Positions 25,225 through 38,975 of a stretch of 64,000 nucleotides of DNA are shown piece after piece. This DNA comes from Enoplolaimus lenunculus (Eukaryota), in contig JASANG010000621.1 in the NCBI GenBank assembly GCA_030248215.1, positions 62,001 through 126,000 of the forward strand, in the 5' to 3' direction. The first letter of the stretch is position 1; each line of letters starts with the position of its first letter. The notes beneath the pieces were generated by a model. The model was not told where the DNA came from. It saw only the letters and a program-made list of their open reading frames with translations, and ran no database searches. A program made the translations under genes and the position numbers.

Positions 25225-25440
25225 GCAGTAGTAGTAATAGTTGTTGTTGTAGTAGTAGTAGTCGTAGTAGTAGTGGTGGTAGTAGTAGTTGTAGTAGTAG
25301 TAGTGGCAGCAGTATATGGCACATGTGCCAGCTCGGGTTTCTTTAGCGGGGCTTGGACCAACTCACACCTGAGATTGTCCCACTCTGACCGATAGTTCCA
25401 GCTGACCTCCACCGACTTTTGTCCACAACTCAGCAAACAC
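25225..25440 (-). repeat. (TAC/AAC)n microsatellite tail preceded by a GC-rich segment, resembling a non-LTR retroelement 3' end
   Basis: On the minus strand: GGTCCAAGCCCCGCTAAAGAAACCCGAGCTGG followed by a ~85-bp trinucleotide tail (25225-25310). Confidence 0.5.
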
Positions 25441-25526
25441 AAAAATTGATTAGTTCTTGGATTTTTAAAGCATACTTTACACCACTTTCAGCTTAGCGCA
25501 TGTATTGTAGGTCGACTCATTATAAT

Positions 25527-26008
25527 CAGGGTGCGACCGGATAGCAAAAAGCCGGATACCGGAACCGGATCCGGATACTGGGTTTTTTACCGGAACCGGA
25601 AGCGGATGTTAACCGGATAGTGTTTTTTGAATAAATCAATTTTTAGCATGTTAATGCGTCACTAAATGTTAATTTATCTTTAGTAAACGGAATATTGCAT
25701 TTATATAAGGAGCGTGTCTTATTACTTGAAAATAATTGTGTGAAGCTGCAAATAATTGATTTGTTTTGATAATAAAATTCGAATCGCTGGCTTAACCATA
25801 TGCAAACAATACTGTTTTAAACCAATACTGTATATTTACATGTAATGAAACTGAAAACCTAACATCTCACAACATAATTTGCAATAATTTGGGATTTACC
25901 AAATCATCACCGAAATCCTGTATCCGGTAGGTTTATACCGGATACCGGAACCGGATGCGGGTTTTTTGCCGGATAGTAAACAGGAGCCGGACATCCGGTC
26001 GCACCCTG
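25527..26008. mobile_element. hAT-like MITE with perfect 8-bp TSD
   Basis: ATTATAAT|CAGGGTGCGACCGGAT ... ATCCGGTCGCACCCTG|ATTATAAT, with subterminal ACCGGA/TCCGGT repeats. Relatives at 37529-38513 and 46197-46918. Confidence 0.85.
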
Positions 26009-26349
26009 ATTATAATGTAATTAACTTCAGTTTTTTACGGTAATCTAGACTGGATAGTAAATATATAAATCCCTAGCAAGAACGTGAAGGTCAAAAACAT
26101 GAATTTTAAGCTATAAAAATTTACTTCTTCGTCACATTTTGCCTTACCCAACTTCTCCACCCTGATAGTGACGGGTTAGGCCCCCCACTTAGCAACCAGC
26201 AGCTCATGGAAACCGCAGACTAGTGACTACACAGATAGTTTTATATGCTTGAAAAGTTTTAATTTGTCGACTGTCATCAGGGGCGGTGATATGAAGAACC
26301 TATGGGGGGGCGCATGCTTATTTTTGGGTGATTTTCGTTATTTTTTCAA

Positions 26350-26936
26350 GCCGGCGTTCGTCCAAAGATTGTTGGATTTTGAAAATTTCTGCATATTTGA
26401 GCTTCTCATAACTTTCACTGGTTATTCCACGCCCAAATTTTGATATTTGAAAAATGTGGTTTTAAGGTCTCACGGTCCTCCTGTGGGCCCCAAAGAATTT
26501 TTGTTAAAAAGTTAGACAAATTATATACCTTCGAACGCAGCTTGTGGAGCTGAGTCGAACTGTGTTAAATTTCCTGGTCGCAAACGTCTAGCTAACGAGT
26601 TGTGATCAAATTCCTAACTGATTTGGCGCGCTGCCAACGATTTGGGAGGCGCCAAAGCAGTCATCTGACCATAATTCGTTAACCAGAGGTCTGTCTGTGA
26701 GGTCTGTCTGTGAACAATTTAACACTGTTAAACTCAGCTCAACAAGCGGCTTTAAATGGTATATAATTTGTCTAACTTTTTACCAAAAATTTTGGGGTCT
26801 TAAGGAAAGTCCCTGCGATGGGACCTTAAAAATTCAATTTTCCAAAAATTCAAATTTGGTCATGAAATGACCAAGGGGGTAATGAAAAGCTCAAATATGT
26901 CACAATTTTTAAAATCCAAACACCTTTAAGCAACCG
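26350..26936. mobile_element. Long foldback element (~580 bp); second copy 29809-30376, partial copy 39700-39895
   Basis: The left arm (ATATTTGAGCTTCTCAT, AAAAAGTTAGACAAATTATATACC, GCTGAGT) is mirrored in the right arm (ACTCAGC, GGTATATAATTTGTCTAACTTTTT, ATGAAAAGCTCAAATAT). Two copies begin GGCGTTCGTCCAAA. Confidence 0.7.
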
Positions 26937-28340
26937 TGCAGTTAGCTTACTTTTTTCACAGGGGTAAGTTTGAAAGTCAGTTGATTACACGCCACGCTGA
27001 AAATGTCACCATAATGTCAACATTTTTCAGAAAAATGAACGAAACTTAATACAAACTATGCAGAAAAAATTTTGGTCGGCTCGGACCAATGGGGCGGGCG
27101 CGCGCTCCCGCCCATCGCCCCCCTTATCACCGCCTTTGTCTAATTCGGATAACAAAACGTCATTGTTTGATCTCTCTACCATTGTTGTATTTCATAAAAA
27201 CTAACCTCTGCTATAAACTACGTATGTGCCAATTAATCGGCATCCTAATATCGGCACTTTTAGTGAGTATCGAAAAATTACCATTCTTTGCCCATCCATT
27301 TTTACACTTAACAATGACCTGGAATGTTATCAATTTCGCTTGCTGGCGTAAGTGTATTATTGCGTCTGATCAGCGGAAATGTCATCTCTGTCATGTTTTG
27401 TGTTTGAAAAAATTAATAAAATTGAACCGTTCTCTTAAATTTATAATCGTTTATTTTGGTTGATTACAGTTTATGTATTCGCATTTATATTGATGTATAT
27501 AATGTAGTTTTCTCCAAAATTTTTAAGCATCGTGCATTAAAATTGAAATCGGTATTGGCCAGGGTGCAACCGGAGGGTGAACGGAGCCGGAGCCGGACGT
27601 CAACGAAACTTGCCGGAGCCGGAACTGGAGATGAAGGTGGGGCGAAATTAGGTAGTAAAAATGATGGTTAATTAGTTAATTTTAGTCAATATATGCAATA
27701 TGTTGTTAAGTTGTTTGGTTTTACGCTAATTTTTGCGAAATTTCGGAAATTCTTTCCTGACAATTGTGACAAAAGTAAAACGAAATGCTCTAAACGGATA
27801 AATTTTGCAAAATTATGAGAATTTTACTACTGAAATTGCCGGAACCTCCGGGAAAAATTGTAACACCGGCATTGCCATTGGCATAGGCAAAAATTTTGGT
27901 ATCGGCACATTACTAAATCACAACTTATTTTAATTTTTGAGTGTAAAATTAAACTATTTGCTGCGTCCCTGACGTGCACTCGTATTGCAATTTACGTAGT
28001 TACAAATGTGTTACGCTGCATACTCCCATATGTCCTTGGCTTATGTATAGGTTCGATACCCCTAGATCAACGGCGGACCTAAAAATTTTTGAGGCATTCC
28101 GTGGGTGCAGCTGCTTCATGTTTCTGCAACGCGGGTATGAATTATATTTTCGTGTTTGCTTTAACAAATCGGTGTATACAAAACATCTAAGACGCGGCCA
28201 CCGCGATCTCTCCCCTGCGACTACTCATATTCTACATTAAATGCTTTGGCAAATGCTTAGGCTTAAGCATAGGAATTAAACTTTTTAGTTTAAGCGCAAA
28301 TGTCGGAGGAAGTATAAAAGAGTCGTTCTGAAATACGGTG

Positions 28341-28524
28341 CAGGGCCTGAGCAGCCACCCACCATACCCCCATTTGGGGGGCACCCCTAAACGGGCCCCC
28401 ACCGTAACCGGTTGAAACAAAAACCGCTTAAGTGTTAAAATGCGTCTGGCTTCTCGCTCGCGAGTTTGGGTCCACCACCATGAAATTTAGGGGGGAGCCC
28501 CCACCCCTGCCTGCTCCGGCACTG
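28341..28524. mobile_element. hAT-like MITE with perfect 8-bp TSD
   Basis: ATACGGTG|CAGGGCCTGAGCAG ... CTGCTCCGGCACTG|ATACGGTG. Related copy at 41257-41425. Confidence 0.8.
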
Positions 28525-31500
28525 ATACGGTGCTACTCAGGATAGGTGTCATCGCTTTTTGAATTTGCGAAAACTTAATTTCAGAATGATTTGAAACACA
28601 ACGCGTCATTAAATAGGATAAATATGTATTGGTTTAAAAGAATTGCTTTTATCAAAGAAATCAATTATTAGTCTAAATCTCGACATAATAAATTACTTAG
28701 TTAATGGTATTTTATATTGTTGAATAGCTTACATACCTGATAATATTTTTGTTCTAAATATTAAATCAATATATACTTAATATTATTTGTCTGCATTATG
28801 CGTTTATATCATGAGTGTTTATGATCACAGTGTGACGTAGTGAACGACATTCGAATCAATCTATTGAAAACGAAAATAGCATTTTAAGTGTTTATTTGTC
28901 ACCTAATGTTTAGGCTTTCGACAGGTTATACAAGTAAAGCGCCAGGTTGTAAGCTTTTGACTAGCTTTTTTGATTAAGCTTAGGCTTAGGCTCAGGAATA
29001 GGCTCATCATTACGCTTAGGCTTAGGTTTAGGCTTAGGAACATGCTTATACTACTGTTCCGGCCCTGTTTTATACATGGGCCCTATATAGGTAGCACTAA
29101 CGCATCAACTTCTCGCATAATTGCTTTGGTGTGCAATTTACTTAAATATTGCATAGTGGCGAGAGTTCGGATCCTGCAACTTTTGACGATTTGGAGCCGG
29201 GTTCAGTTTTGAACAAGCAGAATCAATATAGTAAAGATCTGACAGCAATGATCGGCGATTTTGAAGAAAATGTAAACTACATATTTGATCGAAGTTGAAA
29301 TTTTTCTATTTAAAGTCTCTACATACGTAGTCGTTAAACAGGATAAACATGTATTCAAGTAAATTTTGCTTATACAATCTTGCTTATGTTATTGCTATGC
29401 ACAGTATAGCACAGAATGACGTTGATTTACGTTATTTACTTAAAATAGAGCTATTTTTATTCTAAAAATCTAAAACTCGGTTGACTAAACATAATTATGT
29501 AGTATTTGTTATTAGGTATACAATCATGATTCTTTGTATAGGAAAGCATGTTCTTTTCACATACTTTTCACGCTGTGACAAGGGCCAAGCAATTAGCATC
29601 AAAGGGATCATGAGTCAACGTTCTCTTTACGATTATTCTCCAGGGGTTTTAGGAACCTGATCAGTTGGTGACGGGAGAAATCCTGTTTGAAGTATTTATA
29701 GAACATAACCTCACTTATGAAAATCCTGGTTACGTACCTGCGCTATTAGTGATGTAATAGGCGTCAGCGTTAGCCGGTTATAGTCTTTCTGATTATACCC
29801 TTTCCAGCAGGCGTTCGTCCAAAAGTGATCGAATTTTAAACATTTTACCAATTTGAATTTCTCACAACCTCCCCCTAATCATTTCACGCCAAAAATTGTG
29901 ACTTTGAATTGTGATTTTTTTGAGCTCCCAAAGTCTTCCCTTTGGGACCCATAAAGTTTTTTAACAAGTCAGATAAATTATATATCTTTTGACACAGCTT
30001 GCTGAGCTGAGTGAAATGGTGTTTCCCGCAATCAAATGATTTGCTAACACGTTATGGTTAAATAACTGATTGGCAAGTTGTCAGCGATTTGAGACTTCGC
30101 CATATCAGTGAGGTGCATATTTGATCATAAGTGATTATCCAATCATCCGATTGCAAAAATATAACACCGTTCAACTCAAATCAGCAAGCGGCGTTGAAAA
30201 ATACATACTTAATTGTTTAGCTTTATGAAAAAAATTTGGACCAAGCGAACTGGGGCCTCAAAAAATCGAATTTTCCAAAAAAAACTCGTTATTTGGTGTG
30301 CAATGATCAGGAGAGGTCATGAAAAGCTCAAATAGGTAAATACAATTTTAAATCAGACCATTTTTGAGTTACCACCGGTAAATGCAGATAACCGAAAAGA
30401 TACGATTTTCTGCAATTGCAATGCAACTAAAAGTATTATAAATATACCAATGTATGGTTGTTTTAAAGGATTTATCATCACACATGTTCATGGACGGTAT
30501 CTAACGGTTTAGAGTTGAAATGTAAACGGTTATTTTGAAGTTTTTGTGAAATTTTTATATTTAGATAATGTGCTCCATGTTCGACCGGAACTTTTACGAA
30601 CAACCCACTTCTGTACGAGACTCTTGTCAACCAAATCTTAGTGGCATCAAATAAAAGTTTACAAAAACATAATCATGCCGAACTCTGGTAGAAGTACCGG
30701 TTAAAAAGCTGTTTTACAGGATGAGATTGCAAAAGCGAAAAAGCTAAAACTTGCGGTTCCGGTTTATAATCAGGAAACCGGAACCACAGTCTGCTAAATC
30801 GAAACTGAAACCTCTAAGTCAAACCTTGGTTGTGCGCATGCTGATTTGTTGGAAATTGAAAAGTTTTGTAGACAGTTTAACTTCAGTGTGCCTTATTGTT
30901 GTGATATCCAAACCTCTGGAGCGGGGACACGGGATATATGTTTTGGTTTCAACATTTTTACTATTTTTGTGGCCAGGGATGACAGTCTGGGTCGCGACAA
31001 GTATCGGTATTTTGAGTCTCGATGGATGGAAACCCAGAGCAGAAGTTGAGGATTAAGCGAATGCCGCTAAACCTGTAAAAAGTAGAAGTTAATATTGTTG
31101 AAGTAAGTGATATCTGATGAATAACATTTTGCTGTGAATCTAAGAGTATTCATAGTTACTCATTATGAGCAAATATTCAGAAAAAAACACAAAAATATTA
31201 TGAAAAAACACAAGCCTACAAAAAACAGAAGAATGAATTTATTTTGAAAATTTTATTTTTTGGTGATGACCAAAAATTGAGCCAGACTTTTCTTGGCCGG
31301 TCGCGGTCTTCATGTCTCGAACTTCATATTTCGCTCTCAGTGTCGGTCTCGGTTTTTAACCGAGACCGCCCATCCCGGTTTTGTAACACGAAGAGAGGAA
31401 TTCGGATTAGTGTCGTGTTTGTGTGGTTCAGGTGAAATTTAATAATTCTCTCACACAAATGTTTTACGTAGATTCTTAGTTTTGGCGCGGCGAACCAGTT

Positions 31501-31921
31501 TAGGTTGTAAGATTTATCGGTTTTCTTTGAATAAATGAAGCGAAAAATATAAATTATTTTAGAGTTTGCGTCAAGTTTGATACTATGTTGCCGCAAGCGT
31601 TCTGGGTTGTAATCAAAGGAGGGGTATAGGGTGCGACCGATGATAATTTACGTGATACCGGAACCGGATACTGTATTTTTAATTGAACCGGATATTAACC
31701 TGATATAGCATCTTAATTTGTAGATTGTTTCAAGTATTTGAGCCGCGCTAAAGTGTATATATACATCTAGCTTACAAACTGTTCTAAAAGTTGGTGCCGC
31801 GTGCCTTATGTTTCGTATTAGATGGACTACTTTAACGGTATATATAATATAAAAGATTAATAAAGATTATATATCTTGTTTCTTGGACTTACATGGCTCA
31901 TCGGTTTTGAAGGGGTCCTTT

Positions 31922-32117
31922 CATGCCCGGACCTTGTTAGGGTCGTGGCACTACACTGTTGATGATGTCCGGCAAAGGCCAAAGCCAAACGTTAGCGTGG
32001 GTCACGGTGCATTATAGTGCGCCAATCACTCCCGTACAATAGCTATGGTGACGTAACAGACGCGCAGCGACTGACGTCATCACAAGTATAGTGTGACCCT
32101 AACAAGGCCTGGGCATG
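31922..32117. mobile_element. MITE with ~45-bp TIRs
   Basis: CATGCCCGGACCTTGTTAGGGTC ... GACCCTAACAAGGCCTGGGCATG. Confidence 0.7.
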
Positions 32118-34257
32118 CGGCCATGGTGGCACCGAATCCACGATTTGACCGAACCCGAATCCATTGCTAATTTGTCGAACACGAATCCGAGTCCGAATTC
32201 TGCATGTTACAAATTTCAGATATGTCTATAATTTGTTTCAGACTATCAACGCAATGCAAGCCGCATAACTGTTAAACGTTAATATATTTCTTGCGTGACT
32301 TTATTTCTTAGATTTGTTACCTACCTGAAACAAAAAATATTGATTTATGTAACAACTTATTTAAAATTTTTATTGTATAAAAATGAATTGTTGGATCCTG
32401 CTTCGGGGTTCGGCCTTTTCGCAATCGAATCCGAATCTGGATACGAACCGCAAATTCTGTTGTTGCCACCCTGCATGTAACGGCCCACTTCAAAGCCGCT
32501 CCACTATGTGTCTTAAAAAAACTTTGGTCTTCGATGTCCCTTAAAGCAGCATAAAAATGAGAAAAAAAAAAGACAGGCGGGGGGAGAAAAAAAAATAAGT
32601 GTTTAAAAGGGCAGGCTCCGAGCCTCAGATGCGGCACTGCCTTATTGAACAGTTCATTAGCCAAGCAATGCCTACCATGCCAGCGCATTAGACGTTAAGC
32701 ATATAGGTAAAAGGCGGCTCGTGGGCCTCATGGGAAAGAAGCTTTAGTGAGAGCATACCTATTCGCTACTCAAAACTTTCCATCAAACGTAAAATAACTG
32801 CTGGTCGGGCACAAAAACCTTATCGTACTCCACTAACAAGTAACCAAACACCCAGATCGGTTTAATATCCGGCAAAGAACCGGTATCCGTATAGCTACGG
32901 CGCTGCAAAATGGAAAATAATTAAAACCATTACTTCAGTTTTGTACCCACAGTTTAAAGGATACAAATCATCGTTATCAGCAGTTAAGTATCTTCAGTAA
33001 CAAGTGTATATTAGAAAACATACCCAACCGGAGCAGAAAAAAACAAGAAACTATGGATACCGAATATATAGTTTTCACAAGTTTACTTGTTTTTTGATAT
33101 ATATATGTATCCGTTGATCAGTCGAAACATATTGCAGCGTTAACTAGGAAAAATCTAGTGTTACCTAAGGGAAAAGGTTTAGGTTAATGTTACGCACTTG
33201 AAAAGGTATAACATTTAGCTTAAAGCGGTGCGTGAGACAGGGTCCTAATTCACTCAGTTATGGAAAAAATATGTTGTTTTAAAGTGCTGTTAGTGGTTTG
33301 AAATACAAAAAGGGCTCAGCAGCTGACTTATAAAAAGCAGCTGTTCAAAACCAATTTAAACGCACCACGGCACTATCAAAGACCAGTCTACTCTACGGTA
33401 GTTTTACCGGAGGTTCCGACAATTTTGACATTAAATTTGTTTTTACCTTTATCGAATATGTGCTCTTCAGTGAGTTTGTGTGCAAATTTTGGGCAACAAA
33501 GCTCTGGCAGAAAATTAACTTTCGCATTTCTACCTTAGCGACCGAATATCTGTTGCCAGTTATGATTAATTCTTCTGAACTGTAAAAAGATGATTAAATT
33601 TATTACACTACTGTTCGTGATCGGTAAACAGTTTTAGTCATTATCCACAATCCACAAACCAATATTAATAGCCTCCGTTTAAATATTGCAAACTGCAAGT
33701 TATTTCTGTCGTTTTTCGTTGTCTCAAAACAAGATAAGCATTGAGCATCATTAAAACTGAACTCAGATTAATCATAACGAAAAAGGACACGTAAAAACTA
33801 AACATTCCCGAATTCCTTCAGCGGAATAACAGTTGGCTGGAATTGAAATCAGAGCGGAAGTATTACCGGAATTTCAGCCGTAATCTGAGTTCCACGAAAC
33901 CTTGACACCTGCCCTGCAACTGATTGACTTTTTGCTTATTTTTTCGTTACACATAAGCTGTAAATGTTTGCGTGTGCCTAGTGCCTAGTGCACGCTCACA
34001 ATCTTGATTTGGTTGCAATACTGGAAAACCTGATAAAGATGACCAGAGTTATGTTAAGGTCGTAACAGTAGCTCAGCGCATTTGTATTTCTAAGCCTAAG
34101 CGTAATCTTTAGCGTAAAAATAAGTATGAAACTAAGGCTAATCCTAAGTTAAAATAATAGACTTAATCCTGAGCCTACTCTATTTTATCGTGCCTAAGGA
34201 AAACTGGATGTCCAGAAAAGTAACATGTCGTTATTAGTGTTAAAAATGATCTGCGTT

Positions 34258-34448
34258 GCTAGCCGGCAGCATACGGTCGACATATAGTCGACGATCGCAA
34301 TTGGTCAGGCGGGTTACGTGGCGCAGTGCTAGAGCGCTTACTTCTGAATCCTAAGGCCGCTGGTTCAATCCTCGCTCTGTATACCGCTTTTCCAGCTACT
34401 TAGTTGAAAGGTCTGAAGTCTCAGTTCCTACCTAGGCTGAAGATATAT
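34258..34448 (+). mobile_element. tRNA-derived SINE-like repeat (best-preserved copy)
   Basis: A box TGGCGCAGTGCTAGAGCG at 34319 and B box GGTTCAATCC at 34362. Same leader and tail as 23611-23816. Confidence 0.6.
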
Positions 34449-36164
34449 CCATTTATGCTTAATGTTCTTAAACCACCAAAAACATTGTTGACAAAACGGG
34501 GGCCATTTTCAAACAATTAAAACTATAGATGCGTGCCATATATAAAGATTTAGATTGTTGTAGTCGACGCAACCCATCGTTATACATTTAATCACGGTTT
34601 TAAGGACTTATATTGTAAAACGAAACATTTTCTGTCAGTTGTCCGCCTGACAAAACTTGCACAAAGCCATGTATCGGATATCCGATAGCTCTTGTATAGT
34701 GTGTAAAGCAAACTCGCTTAAGGATCCGCAGGCTCTCCAGAGGTTCGCATTTCCAGCTGCTTAGGGGAAAGTCTAAAGTCCCGGTTCCTGCCTAGACTGG
34801 CATATACAAAGTCGACTATATATTATGTTATATGTGTCGATGTGTTGCCGCCTAGAACACATAGGCCTTCGTAAAGCTTTACTGTGGCCGCGGTTTGGCT
34901 CGAATCTGCATTGTGCAGACGGACGGTTCACCATTATAGAAAGCATAAAAGTCATTCAACAGTTGGCGTTACAACTTTACCGCCGGTGCTACACATAATA
35001 ATGTTGAGTCGTTCTAGCTATGTATATTGTTGATTTTTGTTTCATTTTTAAAAATTTTTATTAAAATTTATTCGTCCAATGACAAAATTCAAATGCCACC
35101 AATTATATTCGAATAGCCTAACCAACGCAATACTCCAAGGGAAAAACATATGTTAACAGGAAGCGAAACATCGGCCTCGTTATTAAAAGCTACTTCGATA
35201 CAAAATATCTGAATCAAAATTCATCAAAATACCCGCATTAAAGAGATGTGGGAATTATATATAGAAACACTACCGTGTTTCTGTGTGCAACCGGAATTTG
35301 GATTCCGATTACAATTCCGATTCAAAGCGAGTTCCGATTTCTATTCCGATTGCACAATCAATCGGAAACGAAACTTTGAAATTTTAATTGTATTTGTTGA
35401 TATTTTGCACAAAAATTCTGTATCATTTATGTATTAAACTGCTTTCGAAGAGGTAACTTATCAATAATAGATTGTAGATTAGCGTTTACAGGACCAAAAA
35501 TCGTAGCCGGTTTGTTCATGCAACGTTTCTGAAAATTATTGCCACGCAACATTCTAAATCAATATTATATTTGTTAACACAAATCATCCGTACAGTCACA
35601 AAATTTCTAGTGTCGATTCCGATTACAATTCCGGTATAAATTTGCTGTTCCAATTCCCTGGTATAATCCTGTTCCGCTTTGCACCCTGCCGTATTTCTAT
35701 GACATACAGATTCACTTCCACGTTGTGAATGAAACGAAATCTATGTAAATTGTGTGAAAGAAAACTTTTTCTCAGTGATGCCACAATCTTGTGATACAGT
35801 TTCGCGTTGTCGCAACGTAGCGTTGTGGTGATGGTTGTATTTTGTCGTCGCATCATGCAATTCTTGTGGGTTAAAATGATTAGATGTATATTCACCAGAA
35901 GTTGACTATATATGTATGTATCTTTCTATATAATACTATATAGTATTCGCAAGAACTACAGTTTTGCAGTTGAACTGGCGAAAATGTGGTTCGTTTTTAC
36001 CGGAAGTCGTTTTTGATTTGATGAGTTTTCGAAGAAGTCACACACGTGTCTCAGTGTGGTTTGATTGTGACCCTAACGTCTCACAGTGTGCCAGCTCCCA
36101 TCGGTATTTGTCTTTGAATAATTTTCGACGATGCCCAAAGTTTTGGTTCAGTCCATGGGCGTTC

Positions 36165-36990
36165 GCCAAGATTTTGTGAAAACTAGGATCACGTCCTATA
36201 AAAAATTTCGAAGGATGTGATTTTTGTGGCCAAGATTTTGTGAAAACTAGGATCACGTCCTATAAAAAATTTCGAAGGATGTGATTTTTGTGGCCAAGAT
36301 TTTGTGAAAACTAGGGTCACGTATTATAAAAAATTTCGAAGGAAGTGATTTTTGTGGCCAAGATTTCGTGGAAACTAGGATCACGTCCATAAAAAATTTA
36401 AAAGGATGTGATTTTTGTGGCCAAGATTTTGTGGAAACTAGACACCCATATAAAAAATTTCGAAGGATGTGATTTTTGTGGCCAAGATTTTGTGAAAACT
36501 AGGATCACGTCCTATAAAAAATTTCGAAGGAAGTGATTTTTGTGGCCAAGATTTTGTGGAAACTAGGATCACGTCCTATAAAAAATTTCGAAGGATGTGA
36601 TTTTTGTGGCCAAGATTTTGTGAAAACTAGGATCACGTCCTATAAAAAATTTCGAAGGAAGTGATTTTTGTGGCCAAGATTTCGTGGAAACTAGGATCAC
36701 GTCCATAAAAAATTTAAAAGGATGTGATTTTTGTGGCCAAGATTTTGTGGAAACTAGGATCACGTCCTATAAAAAATTTCGAAGGATGTGATTTTTGTGG
36801 CCAAGATTTTGTGAAAACTAGGATCACGTCCTATAAAAAATTTCGAAGGAAGTGATTTTTGTGGCCAAGATTTCGTGGAAACTAGGATCACGTCCATAAA
36901 AAATTTCGAAGGATGTGATTTTTGTGGCCAAGATTTTGTGGAAACTAGGATCACGTCCTATAAAAAATTTCGAAGGATGGGATTTTTGTG
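36165..36990 (+). repeat. 64-bp tandem satellite, 13 units, with a 191-bp trimeric higher-order repeat
   Basis: Unit GCCAAGATTTTGTGAAAACTAGGATCACGTCCTATAAAAAATTTCGAAGGATGTGATTTTTGTG starting at 36165, 36229, 36293, 36357, 36420, 36481, 36545, 36609, 36673, 36736, 36800, 36864, 36927. Confidence 0.95.
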
Positions 36991-38975
36991 TTTACCAATG
37001 TGAAATAAGTGCGTAAAAATAAAAACATCTGGACAAAAAATTCCAAGAGCTGGGAGTCGGTGCTGCCCTGGTATTAAACGCAGGATTTGTTAACTTCACT
37101 TTGTTTGAATCATTCCTTGTTATTTCGAGTTTATTATGTTTGGAGGAAGTAATTAAGTACCTTAAACCTTGACTTAAGCTACGACAGGGGAATCTGTAAC
37201 AATACTGAGACATTAGTTTTTATGACCTTCGGCAGAATATAATCCCGTTGGGTTAGGTTATGCTGATAAGCTGTTTAAACTTTTTAGTTACGTGTGTTTT
37301 ATGTGGCATGTGTCAGTCGATATATTTTTGATTTTTGTACACTGTCGTGTGAAATGTTTCTTAGGACCCGATCCTGAGGCGAGTATACTTTATATTCTTA
37401 TAATTGTGCACAGCCAAGTCACACATATCGTCACTTGGTTGTAGTTTTTACTTTTTATAAGCATAAAACATTCAAATTTCGTGTATTAAATTTGTGAATA
37501 TTCATGCGTAGTTTACGTATATTGTGGGCAGGGTGCGAACGGAATTCCTCGATTCGGATTGGAATTCCGACTGGAGTCGAGTACCGATTCTGATTGAAGC
37601 TATAATCGCAATCAGAATAGAAATTTTTTATTTTGTTTGCAGTTTTGTTATGTTACGGTTCGTAATAATTGGTTTTGTTACTAAAGTGTTCCAGATGTAT
37701 TCGCTGAGGCATGGTAACGTTAACTGGCGTTCTATAACAAACATTACCAGCACAGAACGCTCTTAAACTGTTAAACTGCTTTCGCTTTGAAATTATGCGT
37801 AGACTAGCTAATACCGTTGGCCTAAAATGCGATGAATATTAAAATTTGATATATTATTTAGTGGGTAAAGTTTTGCCTAGAACAGGGTTTTTGTGGGTAC
37901 CAATAAGGTTCACCGGCGGAGACATTTTATAAATTTTATGTTTCAATTTTCAAAAAGATTTGTATCTAAACCGTTGCTCATTAGCAGCAATTTGGTGTTG
38001 TTTATAATTCTTTTACGGATTCGCTGAATTTTACTTTCAGGTCACGCATTTCATTGCAAGATAGATTGTTTTGGAATCTTTCAGTTCAACTCCGATTAGT
38101 TTAGACTGAGGTTTGCACTGGGGTTTTTTGGCGATGCTTCACTGAAAAAATTCTTTTAGACATGTAAACGGAACACAAGTGAAACCAGGGAACTGTCAGA
38201 TATCTGGTTCCTGAATGCGATATTAACCTATCGGAGACGAGATATTTACGGCTGTGGACCCGAACATTTCATAGTAGGTATGTGTAATGAATATTTGACT
38301 GCGATTTCATATCCGTTTAAGTCGAAAAGGTTAAGTTTTTTCACGCTAAATTAAAGTGAAAGGTCTAAGCTAAAATTGAATGTTTTTTCAAAAACGTACT
38401 TCTCACGAATTAAGCACTTCGAACAGTTCACTATTACTGCTAGTGGTCCCGGTTGCAATTCAATATCCGGCTCCTATTCCGGTATTCGGTAAATTAATAT
38501 CCGGTCGCACCCTGGCGAAAAGTTGATGACACGTAATGCGTAAAGACGTCAGCCGACTTTTAAAGGTGCTGTTGCTTTTATCACGACAACACAATTTCTG
38601 CTAAAGTAGTGTACTTATGGGCCGGACTTGAAAAAAACGGCTAACTTGACCCTTGTGGTTTGATTTTCTCCATTTGGTTGCTTTAAATTGTGTAGTTTCA
38701 CGAAGGCTGATACATAGTAGCAAACGTCGGGACTTTAGTATTGTTGTGGGTAAGATGGTAGGTTTTCCTAAATAACTATTTTTGTTATATTAGCTTGTAG
38801 TGTATGTTTCGATGCAATGAATTTCTTTGTTTTGTATACTTCCCGCATTAGTTCAGATTAACGCTCAAGCTTAACCTTAGGTAAAGGCTGATGCAAAGCC
38901 TTACTCTTAAGTAAGTAAGCAAAGCTCAGTTTTTTATAAATTATTGAGGTTAAGGGCGATTTTACTGTTCAACTA

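Noticed and set aside
25133..25442. Poly-Val, poly-Thr and poly-Leu ORFs
   Set aside because: These are products of a trinucleotide microsatellite.
36165..36990. CRISPR array
   Set aside because: Units are contiguous near-identical repeats with no unique spacers, there are no cas genes, and the context is eukaryotic.
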